Sequence record: SRR31156797_1306
Length of the DNA stretch: 64,000 nt
Reading direction: 5' to 3' (one strand)
Shown: in pieces, positions 30,702-41,931 of the stretch
How positions within the stretch are numbered: the first letter of the stretch is position 1
Layout of the letters: each line of letters begins with the position of its first letter
Position numbers and translations under genes: made by a program
Notes under the pieces: generated by a model
Seen by the model: the letters and a program-made list of their open reading frames with translations, nothing else
What the model was told of the DNA's origin: nothing
The model's database searches: none

Positions 30702-30736
30702 ACAAAGCGCTTATTGGTAGACTCTACTCCTAAAAC

Positions 30737-30766
30737 AAAAAAGAACCTCAAAATTGAGGTTCTTTT
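30737..30766. terminator. Bidirectional terminator
   Basis: AAAAGAACCTCAA-aa-TTGAGGTTCTTTT between convergent genes. Confidence 0.75.
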
Positions 30767-30788
30767 CATATTTCATTTGATTCAAAAC

Positions 30789-32177
30789 TTAAAACATATA
30801 ATCCCAAACTGGCAGTTGAACCGGTTTGGTTTTAAATGCCTTCTTCGCTTTTTCATTTAAATACTTCTTGTTGATGACCACACGGAACATGTAAGCATCG
30901 AACCACTCATCAGTAAAAGTTAAATATCCACCGTTACCAGCACTTTTCCCCCATGAGTTTTCAAACTCCCATTTAACTGGTTTTTCATTTTCATCAACAT
31001 CAACTCCGATAAGAGTCATCGCATGAGAAGAACCTGATTGACGAGTTAATACTCTTGCTTTTTTATCCATATCAAATTCAACACCCATTAAAGAAGCATA
31101 ATCGTATGTATTTACATCCATTACCCCAGCTTTACGATTGTGCTGCTTACCTACATCACAAGATGCATACATTGCCTCATTGTTCTTGATAGAAGCCATT
31201 GCAAATTTCTTGATCTCTTCGTTCGGCAAGTTCAAGTATGTCCAATTGATTCCTTCTGAAACATTTCTGTAGTTCTTAATTTCATATACTTTGTAAAACT
31301 CTCTGGTAGGATCATTCATGATCATTACCATCTCTACATTAGCATATCCAGGAGCAATTTCTTCTAAAAATTGAAGAGGTGTATAGTTTTTGCTTTCGCT
31401 GATATTTCCATCTGAATCCTTAAATCTCCAAGAAAATTCTACTGGTGGCTCACCTAAACTTAAGGCTAACATTCTATAAATAGCTTTCAAAGACTCAACT
31501 TTTGCAGCTTTAATTTTCTTAGCTGAAGCCTTCTCTGCCACCAACTGACGAAGCTTATATCCTTCACCTCTTAATTTTACATTTAATAAACTCCCGATTT
31601 CACGAGTCTTGTTACTCACTTTTGTTTCCGGCATAATTTCAGCAGGAACAACTCCATATTTCTTCGCTACGTTATAGAATGAATTCCAAACCCCACCATC
31701 ATTTACCGGAGCTTTAAAATAAGTTACTACTTCACGATCACCCATATCGCGATCAGCTGTAACTATGATATTTTCAAGGAAATGGTTCGATTTTTCGAAC
31801 ATATCCCAGAAATAATTGTAATTGTGAGAAAAGTCAAAAGCATTCAAATTGAATTGCTTCATTACATTTGGACGCATGGTATTCATCGATGTAAACATCC
31901 AACATCTTCCTGAACTTTCCTGATCGGTAATTCCCTTTACGTCAACGCGATATTTAAAATAATGATCAACCTGACCAACTTTCTCTCTGTTAAGAGATAA
32001 TTCTCTGATACTTCCAGAGTTGGTAATTGCATTTTGAATTGCTTTTGTAGATGCATCTAAGGTAAAGCTAGAACGAATTTCGTCCAGAGTTTTAGCATCA
32101 ACCGAACCCGATTTTTGAGCATTTGCTGTTCCTAAAAACGCCAATGCCAAAGCAGGTACCAATAGTAACTTCTTCAT
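30789..32177 (-). CDS. C1B cysteine aminopeptidase (PepC/bleomycin hydrolase-like), secreted
   Basis: QESSGRCW, HAM, ENSWG and a signal peptide. Confidence 0.93.
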   Translation of the reverse strand: MKKLLLVPALALAFLGTANAQKSGSVDAKTLDEIRSSFTLDASTKAIQNAITNSGSIRELSLNREKVGQVDHYFKYRVDVKGITDQESSGRCWMFTSMNTMRPNVMKQFNLNAFDFSHNYNYFWDMFEKSNHFLENIIVTADRDMGDREVVTYFKAPVNDGGVWNSFYNVAKKYGVVPAEIMPETKVSNKTREIGSLLNVKLRGEGYKLRQLVAEKASAKKIKAAKVESLKAIYRMLALSLGEPPVEFSWRFKDSDGNISESKNYTPLQFLEEIAPGYANVEMVMIMNDPTREFYKVYEIKNYRNVSEGINWTYLNLPNEEIKKFAMASIKNNEAMYASCDVGKQHNRKAGVMDVNTYDYASLMGVEFDMDKKARVLTRQSGSSHAMTLIGVDVDENEKPVKWEFENSWGKSAGNGGYLTFTDEWFDAYMFRVVINKKYLNEKAKKAFKTKPVQLPVWDYMF

Positions 32178-32259
32178 CTGTTTTGTTTAAATTTTAGTGG
32201 TTGTCAATTGTCGACACAAACTTAAAAATTATTGAAAGAAACAAAGTATAAAACACAAG

Positions 32260-32287
32260 AAAAGCCATCCCAAATTAGGATGGCTTT
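32260..32287 (-). terminator. Terminator after lpdA
   Basis: AAAGCCATCC-caaatta-GGATGGCTTT. Confidence 0.75.
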
Positions 32288-32308
32288 GAGATATAAAATA
32301 CCTATTTC

Positions 32309-33700
32309 TTATATGTGAATTACCTCGTCGTATGCAGCAGCTGCAGCTTCCATAACCGCTTCGGACATGGTTGGATGAGGGTGAATTGCTTTAATTAATT
32401 CATGACCTGTAGTTTCCAATTTTCGAGCTGTAATCAATTCTGCAATCATTTCAGTTACATTAGCACCAATCATATGAGCACCTAATAACTCTCCATATTT
32501 CGCATCAAAAATCAATTTCACAAAACCTTCGTTTGCTCCGGCAGCACTAGCTTTACCAGATGCTGAGAATGGGAATTTACCAATCTTAACTTCATAACCG
32601 GCTTCTTTAGCCGCCTTTTCAGTCATACCCATCGATGCCACTTCAGGAACTGTATAAGTACATCCTGGAATTGTAGTATAATCGATTGGTTCAACATTCA
32701 TTCCTGCAATTTTCTCTACACAACAAATACCTTCAGCAGAAGCAACGTGTGCCAAGGCAGGACCTTTAACGATATCACCAATAGCGTAAACGCCTTCAAC
32801 ATTGGTTTTGTAATAATCGTCAACCACTACTTTTCCATTATCTGTAGCAACACCTTGTTCTTCAAGACCAATTCCTTCAGTATTTGGAGCAATACCAACA
32901 GCCGAAAGTACAATCTCACATTCGTGAACTTCCATTTCGCCTTTCTTGTTCTTGATATTTACCTTAAGATTTCCTTCTTCTCCTTCTACCGACTCTACAG
33001 TAGAGTGAGTCATCACCTTAATTTTATTTTTCTTAAATGAGCGTCCCATTTGCTTTGAAACCTCCTCATCTTCAACTGGAAGAATAGTAGGCATAAACTC
33101 AACCAAAGTCACCTTAGTTCCCATCGTTGAATAGAAGTAAGCAAACTCAGATCCAATAGCACCAGAACCAACAACAATCATTGATTTTGGTAATTTTTCT
33201 AAAGTTAATGCCTTACGATAACCTATTATTCTCTTACCATCTTGTGGAAGACTTGGCAATTCGCGAGAACGAGCTCCTGTTGCTAATATAATATGCTTGG
33301 CTTCGTGAGTTGATTTGCTTCCATCTTCAGCAGTAACTTCTACCGATTTATTTCCAACAAGTTTACCGAAACCATTAATTACTTCAATTTTATTCTTTTT
33401 TAAAAGATACTGAATACCACCGCTCATTTTTTCCGCAACACCTCTACTTCGTGCTACAACTTTTTCAAAATCAGCTTTAACTCCGTCAACACTTAAACCG
33501 TAATCATCAGCATGTTTCATGTATTCAAACACCTGTGCCGATTTCAATAACGACTTAGTTGGGATACATCCCCAGTTCAAACAAATACCACCCAATTCTG
33601 CGCGTTCAACAACCGCAACATTCATTCCTAATTGTGAAGCACGAATGGCAGCAACGTAACCGCCCGGACCGCTTCCCACTACTATTAAATCGTAAGCCAT
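32309..33700 (-). CDS. lpdA: Dihydrolipoyl dehydrogenase
   Basis: GSGPGGY, GGICLNWGCIPTK, C-terminal HPHPTMSE. Confidence 0.97.
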   Translation of the reverse strand: MAYDLIVVGSGPGGYVAAIRASQLGMNVAVVERAELGGICLNWGCIPTKSLLKSAQVFEYMKHADDYGLSVDGVKADFEKVVARSRGVAEKMSGGIQYLLKKNKIEVINGFGKLVGNKSVEVTAEDGSKSTHEAKHIILATGARSRELPSLPQDGKRIIGYRKALTLEKLPKSMIVVGSGAIGSEFAYFYSTMGTKVTLVEFMPTILPVEDEEVSKQMGRSFKKNKIKVMTHSTVESVEGEEGNLKVNIKNKKGEMEVHECEIVLSAVGIAPNTEGIGLEEQGVATDNGKVVVDDYYKTNVEGVYAIGDIVKGPALAHVASAEGICCVEKIAGMNVEPIDYTTIPGCTYTVPEVASMGMTEKAAKEAGYEVKIGKFPFSASGKASAAGANEGFVKLIFDAKYGELLGAHMIGANVTEMIAELITARKLETTGHELIKAIHPHPTMSEAVMEAAAAAYDEVIHI

Positions 33701-33794
33701 TTTTATTTTGTTGTTTATGTTAGTACAAATTTCGCTTTGCTAATTTATATAAATCAATGATTTAAGAAATCATTATTTCTAATTATTCTACTTT

Positions 33795-34640
33795 TTAATT
33801 TGATATTGATTTTTGCCTTCTTTTTATTGCCACCATACTGATTTGAACCAATTTAGCCACAATAAACAGCATCACAAAAGAAAATATAATGGTCGCTCCT
33901 GATGGAGCATTTATTTCATAGGCAACCAATAAGCCTAAAAATGAGCCAAGAATTCCAAATCCAATAGACCCAAGAATCATCTTTTTAAAGTCCTGAGTAA
34001 ACATGTTCGCAATAGTCTGTGGTATAGTTAAAAACGAAATAACCAATATAATTCCCACAACTCGGATGTTTAAAACAATTGCCAAAGCCACCAGAGCTAT
34101 CATTAGATAGTTTAAAAATTGTACCGGCGTCTTTTGAGTTCTCGCATATTCCTCATCGAAAGCCATAAATAAAATGGGTCTCAACATGAGTGAGAAAATC
34201 AAACCAGTCAGCAAACAAAGTCCAAGTAAAAGATACAAATCCAAGACGCCAACAGTTAAAATATTTCCAAATAAGTAACTCATTAAATTTGGTGCATAAC
34301 CAGGAGTCATGTAGATAAATATGATACCTACTGCCATTCCAAATGCCCAAAGTATTCCAATTACGGAATCCTGTCGCACATCTGTTTTTTTTGACAGCCA
34401 TTCGATTCCCAGTGCTGAACACACACCAAACACAGCAGCTCCCAACACAGGATTTAAACCTAAAAACCAAGCAATACCAATTCCTCCGAACGAAGCATGG
34501 GTTATTCCTCCACTAATAAATACAATTCGTCTGGCGACAATATATGATCCAATAATTCCACAAGAGATGCTTGCCAAAAGAGCGGCTCCAACCCCATTTA
34601 GGAAAAACTGGTAATTAAATAATTCTAGTAATTCATTCAT
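33795..34640 (-). CDS. Zn/Mn ABC transporter permease (ZnuB-like)
   Basis: THASFGG, YLFGNIL, VVGIILV, PSGATI. ATG at 34640, just after the stop of the ATPase gene. Confidence 0.92.
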   Translation of the reverse strand: MNELLELFNYQFFLNGVGAALLASISCGIIGSYIVARRIVFISGGITHASFGGIGIAWFLGLNPVLGAAVFGVCSALGIEWLSKKTDVRQDSVIGILWAFGMAVGIIFIYMTPGYAPNLMSYLFGNILTVGVLDLYLLLGLCLLTGLIFSLMLRPILFMAFDEEYARTQKTPVQFLNYLMIALVALAIVLNIRVVGIILVISFLTIPQTIANMFTQDFKKMILGSIGFGILGSFLGLLVAYEINAPSGATIIFSFVMLFIVAKLVQISMVAIKRRQKSISN

Positions 34641-34642
34641 AA

Positions 34643-35383
34643 TTAATGGTGGTGCTTCAAAACTCGGTGAGGAACTTCGCCATGGGTAATTAAATCCAAC
34701 GGACAATTATATGCTTTCAATTGTTCTTCCGAAATCACATTAGAATCGTGATAGCACAAGGTTTTATTTACGCAAGCAATGGTTTTAACGTGAGAACAAA
34801 TGGTTCCAACATCGTGTGATACCACAACAATTGCCATTTTTTGATTCAACCCATCTAAAATATCATACAATTCACCTTCAAAGCTACTATCTACATAGGT
34901 TTCCGGCTCATCCAATATCAACAACTGAGGGTCAGAAATTATTGCTCTACACAAAAATACTCGTTGCAATTGTCCTCCCGATAATTCTCCAATATTCTTT
35001 CCTTTTAAATGAAGAATACCCATTTGTTTCATTAAAGAATTAGCTCGTTTTTTATTCTCAGAACTATAACGACCAAATATTCCTTTCTGAGACATTAATC
35101 CTGAAAGTACAACTTCACGAACAGATATAGGAAATTTCTTATCAATACGATTTACCTGTGGTAAATAACCAATTGAACAGGTCTCATTCCCATTGGAATT
35201 AATTTGTCCGCTCACCGGTTTTAATGTACCTAAGATCACCTTTAACAGCGTTGTTTTACCTCCCCCGTTCGGACCAATTATGCCAAGAAAATCTCTTTCC
35301 TTAACAAGTAGGTCAACGTCTTTCAATACAACATTATCATCGTAGGCAGCCGTAACGGATTTTAATTCCAAAAGAGTATTCAT
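34643..35383 (-). CDS. Zn/Mn ABC transporter ATPase (ZnuC-like)
   Basis: GPNGGGKTT, LSGGQLQR, LILDEP, His-rich C-terminus. Confidence 0.92.
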   Translation of the reverse strand: MNTLLELKSVTAAYDDNVVLKDVDLLVKERDFLGIIGPNGGGKTTLLKVILGTLKPVSGQINSNGNETCSIGYLPQVNRIDKKFPISVREVVLSGLMSQKGIFGRYSSENKKRANSLMKQMGILHLKGKNIGELSGGQLQRVFLCRAIISDPQLLILDEPETYVDSSFEGELYDILDGLNQKMAIVVVSHDVGTICSHVKTIACVNKTLCYHDSNVISEEQLKAYNCPLDLITHGEVPHRVLKHHH

Positions 35384-35411
35384 TCCTTATCTATATTAGG
35401 AAAACCAAATA

Positions 35412-36278
35412 TTAATTGGTTCGTAATAGTTCAATTATTCTATTCATTTCAGCCGACCAATTTTCACTTAAGGGATCAATCTGCTCGACTCTTGCACCTA
35501 TTTCTTTTGCTATTGCCTCAGCATTATCCATATTAAATTGCTTCTGAATAAATACAACTTTAATGTGATGCTCTTTTGCCTTTAGTACTAAATTTTTCAT
35601 TTGTGCAGGCGATGGATCTTTTCCATCCACCTCAATGGCAATTTGCTCCAATCCGTAATCTCTTGCCAGATATGATAAGGCAGGGTGAAATATCATAAAA
35701 GCTTTATGTCCGGAACTATCAATTACATTTTTTCCAACTTGATTCAAGTTTTCCAATTCGGATAAAAACCGATTATAATTCGCTTGATATTTCATCCTTT
35801 CCTTCGGATTCATCTGAATCAATTCTTTATAGATATTTTCTGCTACAATTCTCATTGATTTCGGAGAAGACCAAATATGAGGATCAATTCCTCCTTTATG
35901 AAAATGATCTCCATGACGAACTTCAGGACCGCGAATCAATTCAATTCCTTTTGATAGGTCTATAACTTTTATCTCTCCAGCACCTTCAATTAAATTATTT
36001 AACCAAGCATATTCAAATGGAATATGACCAATTTTAAAATAAGCTATCGATTTCGCAACTCCTTTCATTTGTGAAGGAGTAGGCTCATAAGTAGCTGGAC
36101 TGGCTCCGGGAGGAATCAATACATTAATATTAAAGTCATCCCCAGCTATTTTCTCTATAAAATATTTCTGAGGTAATATACTAACCGATATTTGATTCTC
36201 ATTTTTATCAACTTTGCCTGATTGACAAGAGACAATAGAAAGCATCAGAAAGAGAGTAATAATGTTTACTAATCGCAT
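35412..36278 (-). CDS. Zn/Mn ABC substrate-binding lipoprotein (ZnuA-like)
   Basis: Lipobox IVSC, PPGASPATYEP, HGDHFH loop, DPHIW, FHPALSYLARDY. Confidence 0.92.
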   Translation of the reverse strand: MRLVNIITLFLMLSIVSCQSGKVDKNENQISVSILPQKYFIEKIAGDDFNINVLIPPGASPATYEPTPSQMKGVAKSIAYFKIGHIPFEYAWLNNLIEGAGEIKVIDLSKGIELIRGPEVRHGDHFHKGGIDPHIWSSPKSMRIVAENIYKELIQMNPKERMKYQANYNRFLSELENLNQVGKNVIDSSGHKAFMIFHPALSYLARDYGLEQIAIEVDGKDPSPAQMKNLVLKAKEHHIKVVFIQKQFNMDNAEAIAKEIGARVEQIDPLSENWSAEMNRIIELLRTN

Positions 36279-36491
36279 TTGTTTTATGATTATTTTATTT
36301 AGATCTATTTTAAATAGCAAAAGTATATAATTTTTTCAATCAACAATAGAAAACGACTTGAAATGTGCGGTAAATTTCTACTAATTTAATACATACTTTC
36401 AACAATTGAATTTAGTCAAAATCAACCTACAAACAAAAAGCCCGACAGATATTAATCCATCGGGCTTCCTTAATATTTTAATTTGCTGGTA

Positions 36492-37574
36492 TTACAACAA
36501 TTTTTCAATCTCTGCTTTTAGTTCAGCACCAAAAACTCTTTTTGCAGCAATATTTCCACTTTTATCTAAAACAATAGTAAAAGGTATAGACTCAACTCCA
36601 TACTTATTTGCAGCTTTTCCCTCTACATCAAATACCTGAGACCAAATTAGTCCATCAGCATCAATAGCCTCTAACCACTTATCTTTATTTCTATCTAAAG
36701 ATACTCCTAAAAACTCAACACCATTTTCATGTACTTCATTGTACATTTCAACCATATGAGGGTTTTCTCTTCTACAAGGACCACACCATGAAGCCCAAAA
36801 ATCAATAACCACAACTTTTCCTTTTAATGAAGATAAGCTGAATGGAGTTCCTTCAGGAGTATTTAAAGTAAAATCTGGAGCTGGTTGTCCAACTACTACA
36901 CTTTTTAATACATCAATTTTCTCCTTAATCATTGCACCATAAATAGAGGTTTTAACATTTTCTCCAAGAGCATTATAAGTTTCTTCCATTTCTGGAATTT
37001 CCATACCTGAAATTAATCTATATGCTAAATATCCCGCTACAACAGAATTAGAATTACTTGCTACAAACTCTTTTGTTATAGCAGTTTTTTCCTCTTCCAT
37101 TTTCATGGCTACATTACGAATTGAATCAACAGCAGTTTGATTTCCCGCTTTTGCTGCAGCTTGATAATCTTTATAAAGTGTCTCATTTTTCTCTTGAAAT
37201 ACTTTTTGAGTATCATTATAAGCTACAAAAACATCATTATTCGCAGAACCTGTAACTACAGCTTCCTGAAGTTTCTCAATGTCAGCGGCAATACTAATAT
37301 CCGAATTTTCTACAAAAAATTTCATAGCAGCTCTTTGTCCTTCTAGTTGAATAAAGTATAACTCTGGAGCGTCAACAGACCCAATAAATTCAAAACCACC
37401 TTCAGTTAAAACAGTAGAATCTATTTTTACCAATTTATTATCAGCTACTTTTGAAAGGTAAACTTTACCTTCAAATTGACCTTCTACTTTTCCGTTTAGC
37501 TTAAATTGATCTCCAGAAGTACATGAAGCAAAAAACAAGCCCATCGCAGCAACTGCGATTAATAATTTTCTCAT
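36492..37574 (-). CDS. TlpA/ResA-like thiol-disulfide oxidoreductase lipoprotein (DUF4369-type N-terminus)
   Basis: Lipobox FASC, APDFTL, FWASWCGPCR, SIP. Confidence 0.92.
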   Translation of the reverse strand: MRKLLIAVAAMGLFFASCTSGDQFKLNGKVEGQFEGKVYLSKVADNKLVKIDSTVLTEGGFEFIGSVDAPELYFIQLEGQRAAMKFFVENSDISIAADIEKLQEAVVTGSANNDVFVAYNDTQKVFQEKNETLYKDYQAAAKAGNQTAVDSIRNVAMKMEEEKTAITKEFVASNSNSVVAGYLAYRLISGMEIPEMEETYNALGENVKTSIYGAMIKEKIDVLKSVVVGQPAPDFTLNTPEGTPFSLSSLKGKVVVIDFWASWCGPCRRENPHMVEMYNEVHENGVEFLGVSLDRNKDKWLEAIDADGLIWSQVFDVEGKAANKYGVESIPFTIVLDKSGNIAAKRVFGAELKAEIEKLL

Positions 37575-37667
37575 GAGTACAGTATTTTATGTGTATTTTG
37601 ATTGATTAATTGCTAAATCTACTAAATAATAAACTGTGAACGAAAATTTTTCGATGAAGCTTATGAA

Positions 37668-38801
37668 TTACTCCTTGTTCTTAATCTCGCCAAAATAAGC
37701 ATCTAGTAATTTATAAGCTGCAACAAAAGAACTCATTTCATCATTTAAAACTTTTTCTTCAAACTCAGGAATTTGTTCTTTTACCAAATGTTGCTGATAA
37801 AAACCATCTTTCAATTGCTCATTAATGGTTTCGTACATCCAATATTTGGCTTGTTCGCTTCTTCTCTGCTCAAAGTAACCATTCTGCTGTGTATGGCTGC
37901 AATACTCCAAAATATTATCCCAAATGGTATCAATTCCTGTTTTCTCTAATGAAGAACAAGTTAATACCTTTGGCGTCCAACCTGATGGCGATTGTGGAAA
38001 CAAGTGCAACGCATTCTCGAATTGAACACGAGCCAACTGAGCTTTGTGTACATTATTTCCATCTGCCTTATTAATCGAAATCGCATCAGCCATTTCCATA
38101 ATACCGCGTTTTATTCCCTGCAATTCATCTCCTGCACCTGCAATCTTAATTAGCAAGAAAAAATCCACCATAGAATGCACTGCAGTTTCAGATTGACCTA
38201 CACCAACTGTTTCAATTAAAATGGTATCAAATCCTGCAGCTTCACAAAGAATTAAACTTTCTCTAGTTTTTCGAGCAACACCACCAAGCGATCCTGCTGA
38301 AGGAGAAGGTCGAATATATGCATTTGCATCAACCGATAATTCCTCCATTCTTGTTTTATCTCCCAAAATACTTCCCTTACTTCGCTCACTACTTGGATCT
38401 ATAGCAAGTACCGCAAGTTTATTTCCCTGACCAGTAACATGCTTTCCAAAAGCTTCTATAAAAGTACTTTTACCTGCACCAGGAACACCGGTTATACCAA
38501 TTCTTACTGATTTACCTGAATATGGAAGGCAATGCTCAATAATTTCCTGTGCTATTTTCTGATGCTCGTATTTAGAGCTTTCGATTAATGTAATTGCCTG
38601 ACTCAAGATACCTCTATCTCCAGCCAAAATACCCTTCACATAATCCTCTATCGAATACTTACGTCTCTTATTCTTTTTCAATCGCTCCGCAATTTTAGGA
38701 TTAATTGATGGTGGCTGACTAATTCCTGAATTTACCTTTAATCCTTTATAGGAAGGATTATTTTCTATATGACCGTTATTTTTCTTTTTATTATCTGACA
38801 T
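37668..38801 (-). CDS. meaB: Methylmalonyl-CoA mutase-associated GTPase
   Basis: GVPGAGKST, AIDPSS, GSILGDKTRM, ETVGVGQSE, GDELQGIKRG, NKAD. Confidence 0.96.
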   Translation of the reverse strand: MSDNKKKNNGHIENNPSYKGLKVNSGISQPPSINPKIAERLKKNKRRKYSIEDYVKGILAGDRGILSQAITLIESSKYEHQKIAQEIIEHCLPYSGKSVRIGITGVPGAGKSTFIEAFGKHVTGQGNKLAVLAIDPSSERSKGSILGDKTRMEELSVDANAYIRPSPSAGSLGGVARKTRESLILCEAAGFDTILIETVGVGQSETAVHSMVDFFLLIKIAGAGDELQGIKRGIMEMADAISINKADGNNVHKAQLARVQFENALHLFPQSPSGWTPKVLTCSSLEKTGIDTIWDNILEYCSHTQQNGYFEQRRSEQAKYWMYETINEQLKDGFYQQHLVKEQIPEFEEKVLNDEMSSFVAAYKLLDAYFGEIKNKE

Positions 38802-38913
38802 GACTCAATTTTTCAAATAAGTTCTGAATGCGAAGTTATAAATTTAGAAAGTAAAGGTTGACTAAACATCTCGAAAAGTATATATGTTTGTGAACAACAA
38901 TATTCTAATCTAC

Positions 38914-38945
38914 AAAAAAAGCCCTCCTAATTAGGAGAGCTTTTT
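38914..38945 (-). terminator. Terminator after the DUF1573 gene
   Basis: AAAGCCCTCCTAATTAGGAGAGCTTT hairpin with A and T flanks. Confidence 0.7.
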
Positions 38946-38968
38946 AATATCGATAAATAATTCGTTTT

Positions 38969-40069
38969 TTAATTCAATGTTGGCATAACTACGTTACCTC
39001 GAACTCTCAAATTAACTTCAGAGTGGACTGGATCATTTGTAATTACCACTATTGATTTATTTTGACGACCTCTTTTCCCACGTGAATTGAAAACAACTTT
39101 GATTTCAGTTTCTTCACCTGACTTAACAACTTTTGCTTGAGGAGCAATAGCTGTACAACCACATGAAGCTTTAGTTTTTCTAATAATCAGATCGGATTCA
39201 CCTTTATTTCTCATAATAAAAACATATTCAGCTTTTTCTCCTTGAGTCAATTCTCCAAAATCAAAAATTTTCTGTTCAAATTCTACAATCGGGGCCTTAG
39301 CTTTTTCAGCATCAGACAGACGGGCAAAATCTTCCGTAATATTAGCACTTACAGTCAACCTTTGTCCTGGTTTATGCTGTTGATTTACCAACATATCCAA
39401 ATAGTCTACTACAAATCCCCAATCGTTCTTTTTAGATGCATCGTAAAAAGCAACAATTTTACCTTTCTGTTTTGGCTGCAAAGTTTCAGGAACCATTTTA
39501 ATTTTAAGATGAGCTGGCATTCTCTTGAAAGCAATATTGATTGGTCCGTCACTATCATTAACAACTTCAACACTTGCTTCTTTAACTTCTGTATTTTTAA
39601 CTTTAGTGAACATTAAATGATTGTTCCTCATTCTTAAACCAGATAAATTCCTAGGATACAAATCTGCAATAGTCTTTTCACGTTCAATTACTTTACCTCT
39701 AATTCTTAATATTGTAATTGCCGGATTTGTATTTGCTGTTACAGTTACAGATTTATTGAATTGTCCCGGACGATTTTTAGGGTCAAATGTAGCCTTGATA
39801 AAACCTTTTTTACCGGGTGCAACTGGTTGCTTAGACCAATCAGGGGAAGTACATCCACATGATGAACGAACCTGATTAATAATTATTGGTTGCTTACCAG
39901 TATTTACAAATTCAAATGAATGAACAATTTTGCCATCCTCTTCCTTAAAAGTTCCAAAATCATGATCCTTTGAATCGAATTTCATTACTGGTTTAGTATT
40001 TTGTGCATTCGCGAATAAAGCATTTCCACAAATAAAAGCCACCAACAAAAAAATCATTTTTTTACTCAT
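38969..40069 (-). CDS. DUF1573 multi-domain secreted protein
   Basis: Signal peptide, two SCGCT Ig-like domains flanking a third without Cys. Confidence 0.88.
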   Translation of the reverse strand: MSKKMIFLLVAFICGNALFANAQNTKPVMKFDSKDHDFGTFKEEDGKIVHSFEFVNTGKQPIIINQVRSSCGCTSPDWSKQPVAPGKKGFIKATFDPKNRPGQFNKSVTVTANTNPAITILRIRGKVIEREKTIADLYPRNLSGLRMRNNHLMFTKVKNTEVKEASVEVVNDSDGPINIAFKRMPAHLKIKMVPETLQPKQKGKIVAFYDASKKNDWGFVVDYLDMLVNQQHKPGQRLTVSANITEDFARLSDAEKAKAPIVEFEQKIFDFGELTQGEKAEYVFIMRNKGESDLIIRKTKASCGCTAIAPQAKVVKSGEETEIKVVFNSRGKRGRQNKSIVVITNDPVHSEVNLRVRGNVVMPTLN

Positions 40070-40378
40070 AACTATCTAATATTTTAAAATCAGTTTTTGA
40101 TTATTACGGTAAAGTAACAAAAGAGTTTAATTTTTCTCCTAAAAAATTACAAACCATACAAAACTAAGCATTTTTACGGAAAATAATCTTGCACTATCGT
40201 TAAATACTTGTTAATGCTTTTCAATACACTTCTGAAAAGTTATTATTCATATTCATACAATAATTAAACCAATAAGGTCAAAAAATAATATCCATAAAAT
40301 CTCCAAACAATTCTTAAATTTGTAATTACCAACTTAAAAAGATATTTGATATTAAATAAACCACATCATTAAGCAAGT

Positions 40379-41560
40379 ATGATTGATTTAAAAAGTGCCT
40401 TAAGTAAATATGCAAAAACTATAGTTTCAGAAATAACCCAGATACGGACCCATTTACACAAGAATCCGGAACTATCGTTTCAAGAGTTTGAAACTTCTAA
40501 ATTTATCCAATCTAAACTTGACGATTTTGGTATTTCCTATACAAATGGCTTTGTAAAAACAGGTATTGTTGGTAAAATAGAAGGTGAAAATCCAAGCAAA
40601 AAAGTAATTGCATTGCGTGCAGATATGGATGCATTGCCAATAAAAGAAAATCCAAACAATAAGCACTGTTCCATCAATGATGGAGTAATGCATGCTTGTG
40701 GTCATGATATGCACATGGCAAGTTTATTGGGTACTGCTAAAATATTAAATGAATTTAAAGCCAATTGGGAAGGCACAATACTACTCATATTTCAACCCGG
40801 AGAAGAATTGTTACCAGGCGGCGCTAGATTAATGATGGAGGAAGGAGCTCTTACCCCCGAACCAGAATGGATCTTAGGTCAACATGTTTTACCTGATATG
40901 CCAACAGGTACTGTAGGGTTCCGTTCGGGAATGTATATGGCATCGGGTGATGAAATTTATCTTACAGTTAAAGGAAAAGGAGGTCATGCAGCCATGCCAC
41001 ACCGATGTACAGATAATGTTCTTATTGCTTCACATATTATAGTGGCACTTCAACAAATCGTTAGCAGACATTGCGATGCTCGTATCCCAACGGTATTGTC
41101 ATTTGGAAAAATTGAAGCCAAAGGAGCGACCAATATCATTCCTGATGAAGTTAAAATTGCTGGAACCTTCAGAACTATGAACGAAGAATGGAGAGCCAAA
41201 GCAAAGCAATTGATTACAGATATTGCTCAATCAACAGCTAAAGGAATGGGTGCAGAATGTGATGTTAATATCAAACACGGTTATCCATTTTTGATAAACG
41301 ATGATAAATTAACTGATGAAGCCAAACAAAATGCCATTGATTTAATTGGAGCGAAACGTGTAACAAACATGGATATTAGAATGACTACAGAAGATTTTGG
41401 ATTCTATTCTCAAAAGTATCCTGTTACATTTTATCGTTTCGGAGTAAAATCAGATAAAGATGGATCACTACACACATCTAATTTCGAAGCAAATGAAAAT
41501 GCGTTGGAAACTTCAATGAGTGTAATGGCTTGGCTGGCTATCTCATTTCTAAACAAGTAA
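40379..41560 (+). CDS. M20D family amidohydrolase
   Basis: HKNPELS, LRADMDALP, HACGHD, FQPGEE, GGHAA, EDF. Confidence 0.93.
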   Translation: MIDLKSALSKYAKTIVSEITQIRTHLHKNPELSFQEFETSKFIQSKLDDFGISYTNGFVKTGIVGKIEGENPSKKVIALRADMDALPIKENPNNKHCSINDGVMHACGHDMHMASLLGTAKILNEFKANWEGTILLIFQPGEELLPGGARLMMEEGALTPEPEWILGQHVLPDMPTGTVGFRSGMYMASGDEIYLTVKGKGGHAAMPHRCTDNVLIASHIIVALQQIVSRHCDARIPTVLSFGKIEAKGATNIIPDEVKIAGTFRTMNEEWRAKAKQLITDIAQSTAKGMGAECDVNIKHGYPFLINDDKLTDEAKQNAIDLIGAKRVTNMDIRMTTEDFGFYSQKYPVTFYRFGVKSDKDGSLHTSNFEANENALETSMSVMAWLAISFLNK

Positions 41561-41760
41561 CACAATTTGGCATCTTCAGATTACAAATAAAAGAGTCAAT
41601 TCTCTTTATTTCTGTAATTTATATCCCATTTTATTGCTAAGTATTGTTATTGTTTATTATTTAATCTGTTTCAAAATAGAGTATTTACTACGAAATTTGT
41701 TTCACCATTAAAAATATGATATTACATTTGTACAAGTATTAACACTAAAATTAAAATAAA

Positions 41761-41931
41761 ATGGCTTACGTTATTAACGACGACTGTATTTCTTGCGGTT
41801 CTTGTGAAGGAGAATGTCCTGTTGAAGCTATCTCTATGGGTGATGAGCGCTATGTAATCGACGCAGATCTTTGTACTGATTGTGGTACTTGTGTTGACGC
41901 TTGCCCGGTAGAAGCTATTCACGCTGAATAA
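41761..41931 (+). CDS. 2[4Fe-4S] ferredoxin, 56 aa (absent from the ORF track)
   Basis: Translates to MAYVINDDCISCGSCEGECPVEAISMGDERYVIDADLCTDCGTCVDACPVEAIHAE, with two CxxCxxCxxxCP motifs. TACATTTG promoter element upstream and a terminator downstream. Confidence 0.97.
   Translation: MAYVINDDCISCGSCEGECPVEAISMGDERYVIDADLCTDCGTCVDACPVEAIHAE

Noticed and set aside
36492-37574. TlpA oxidoreductase as a dedicated partner for the fibre disulfides
   Set aside because: It is 17 kb away in a housekeeping context and belongs to a common multi-copy family, so there is no evidence of linkage.
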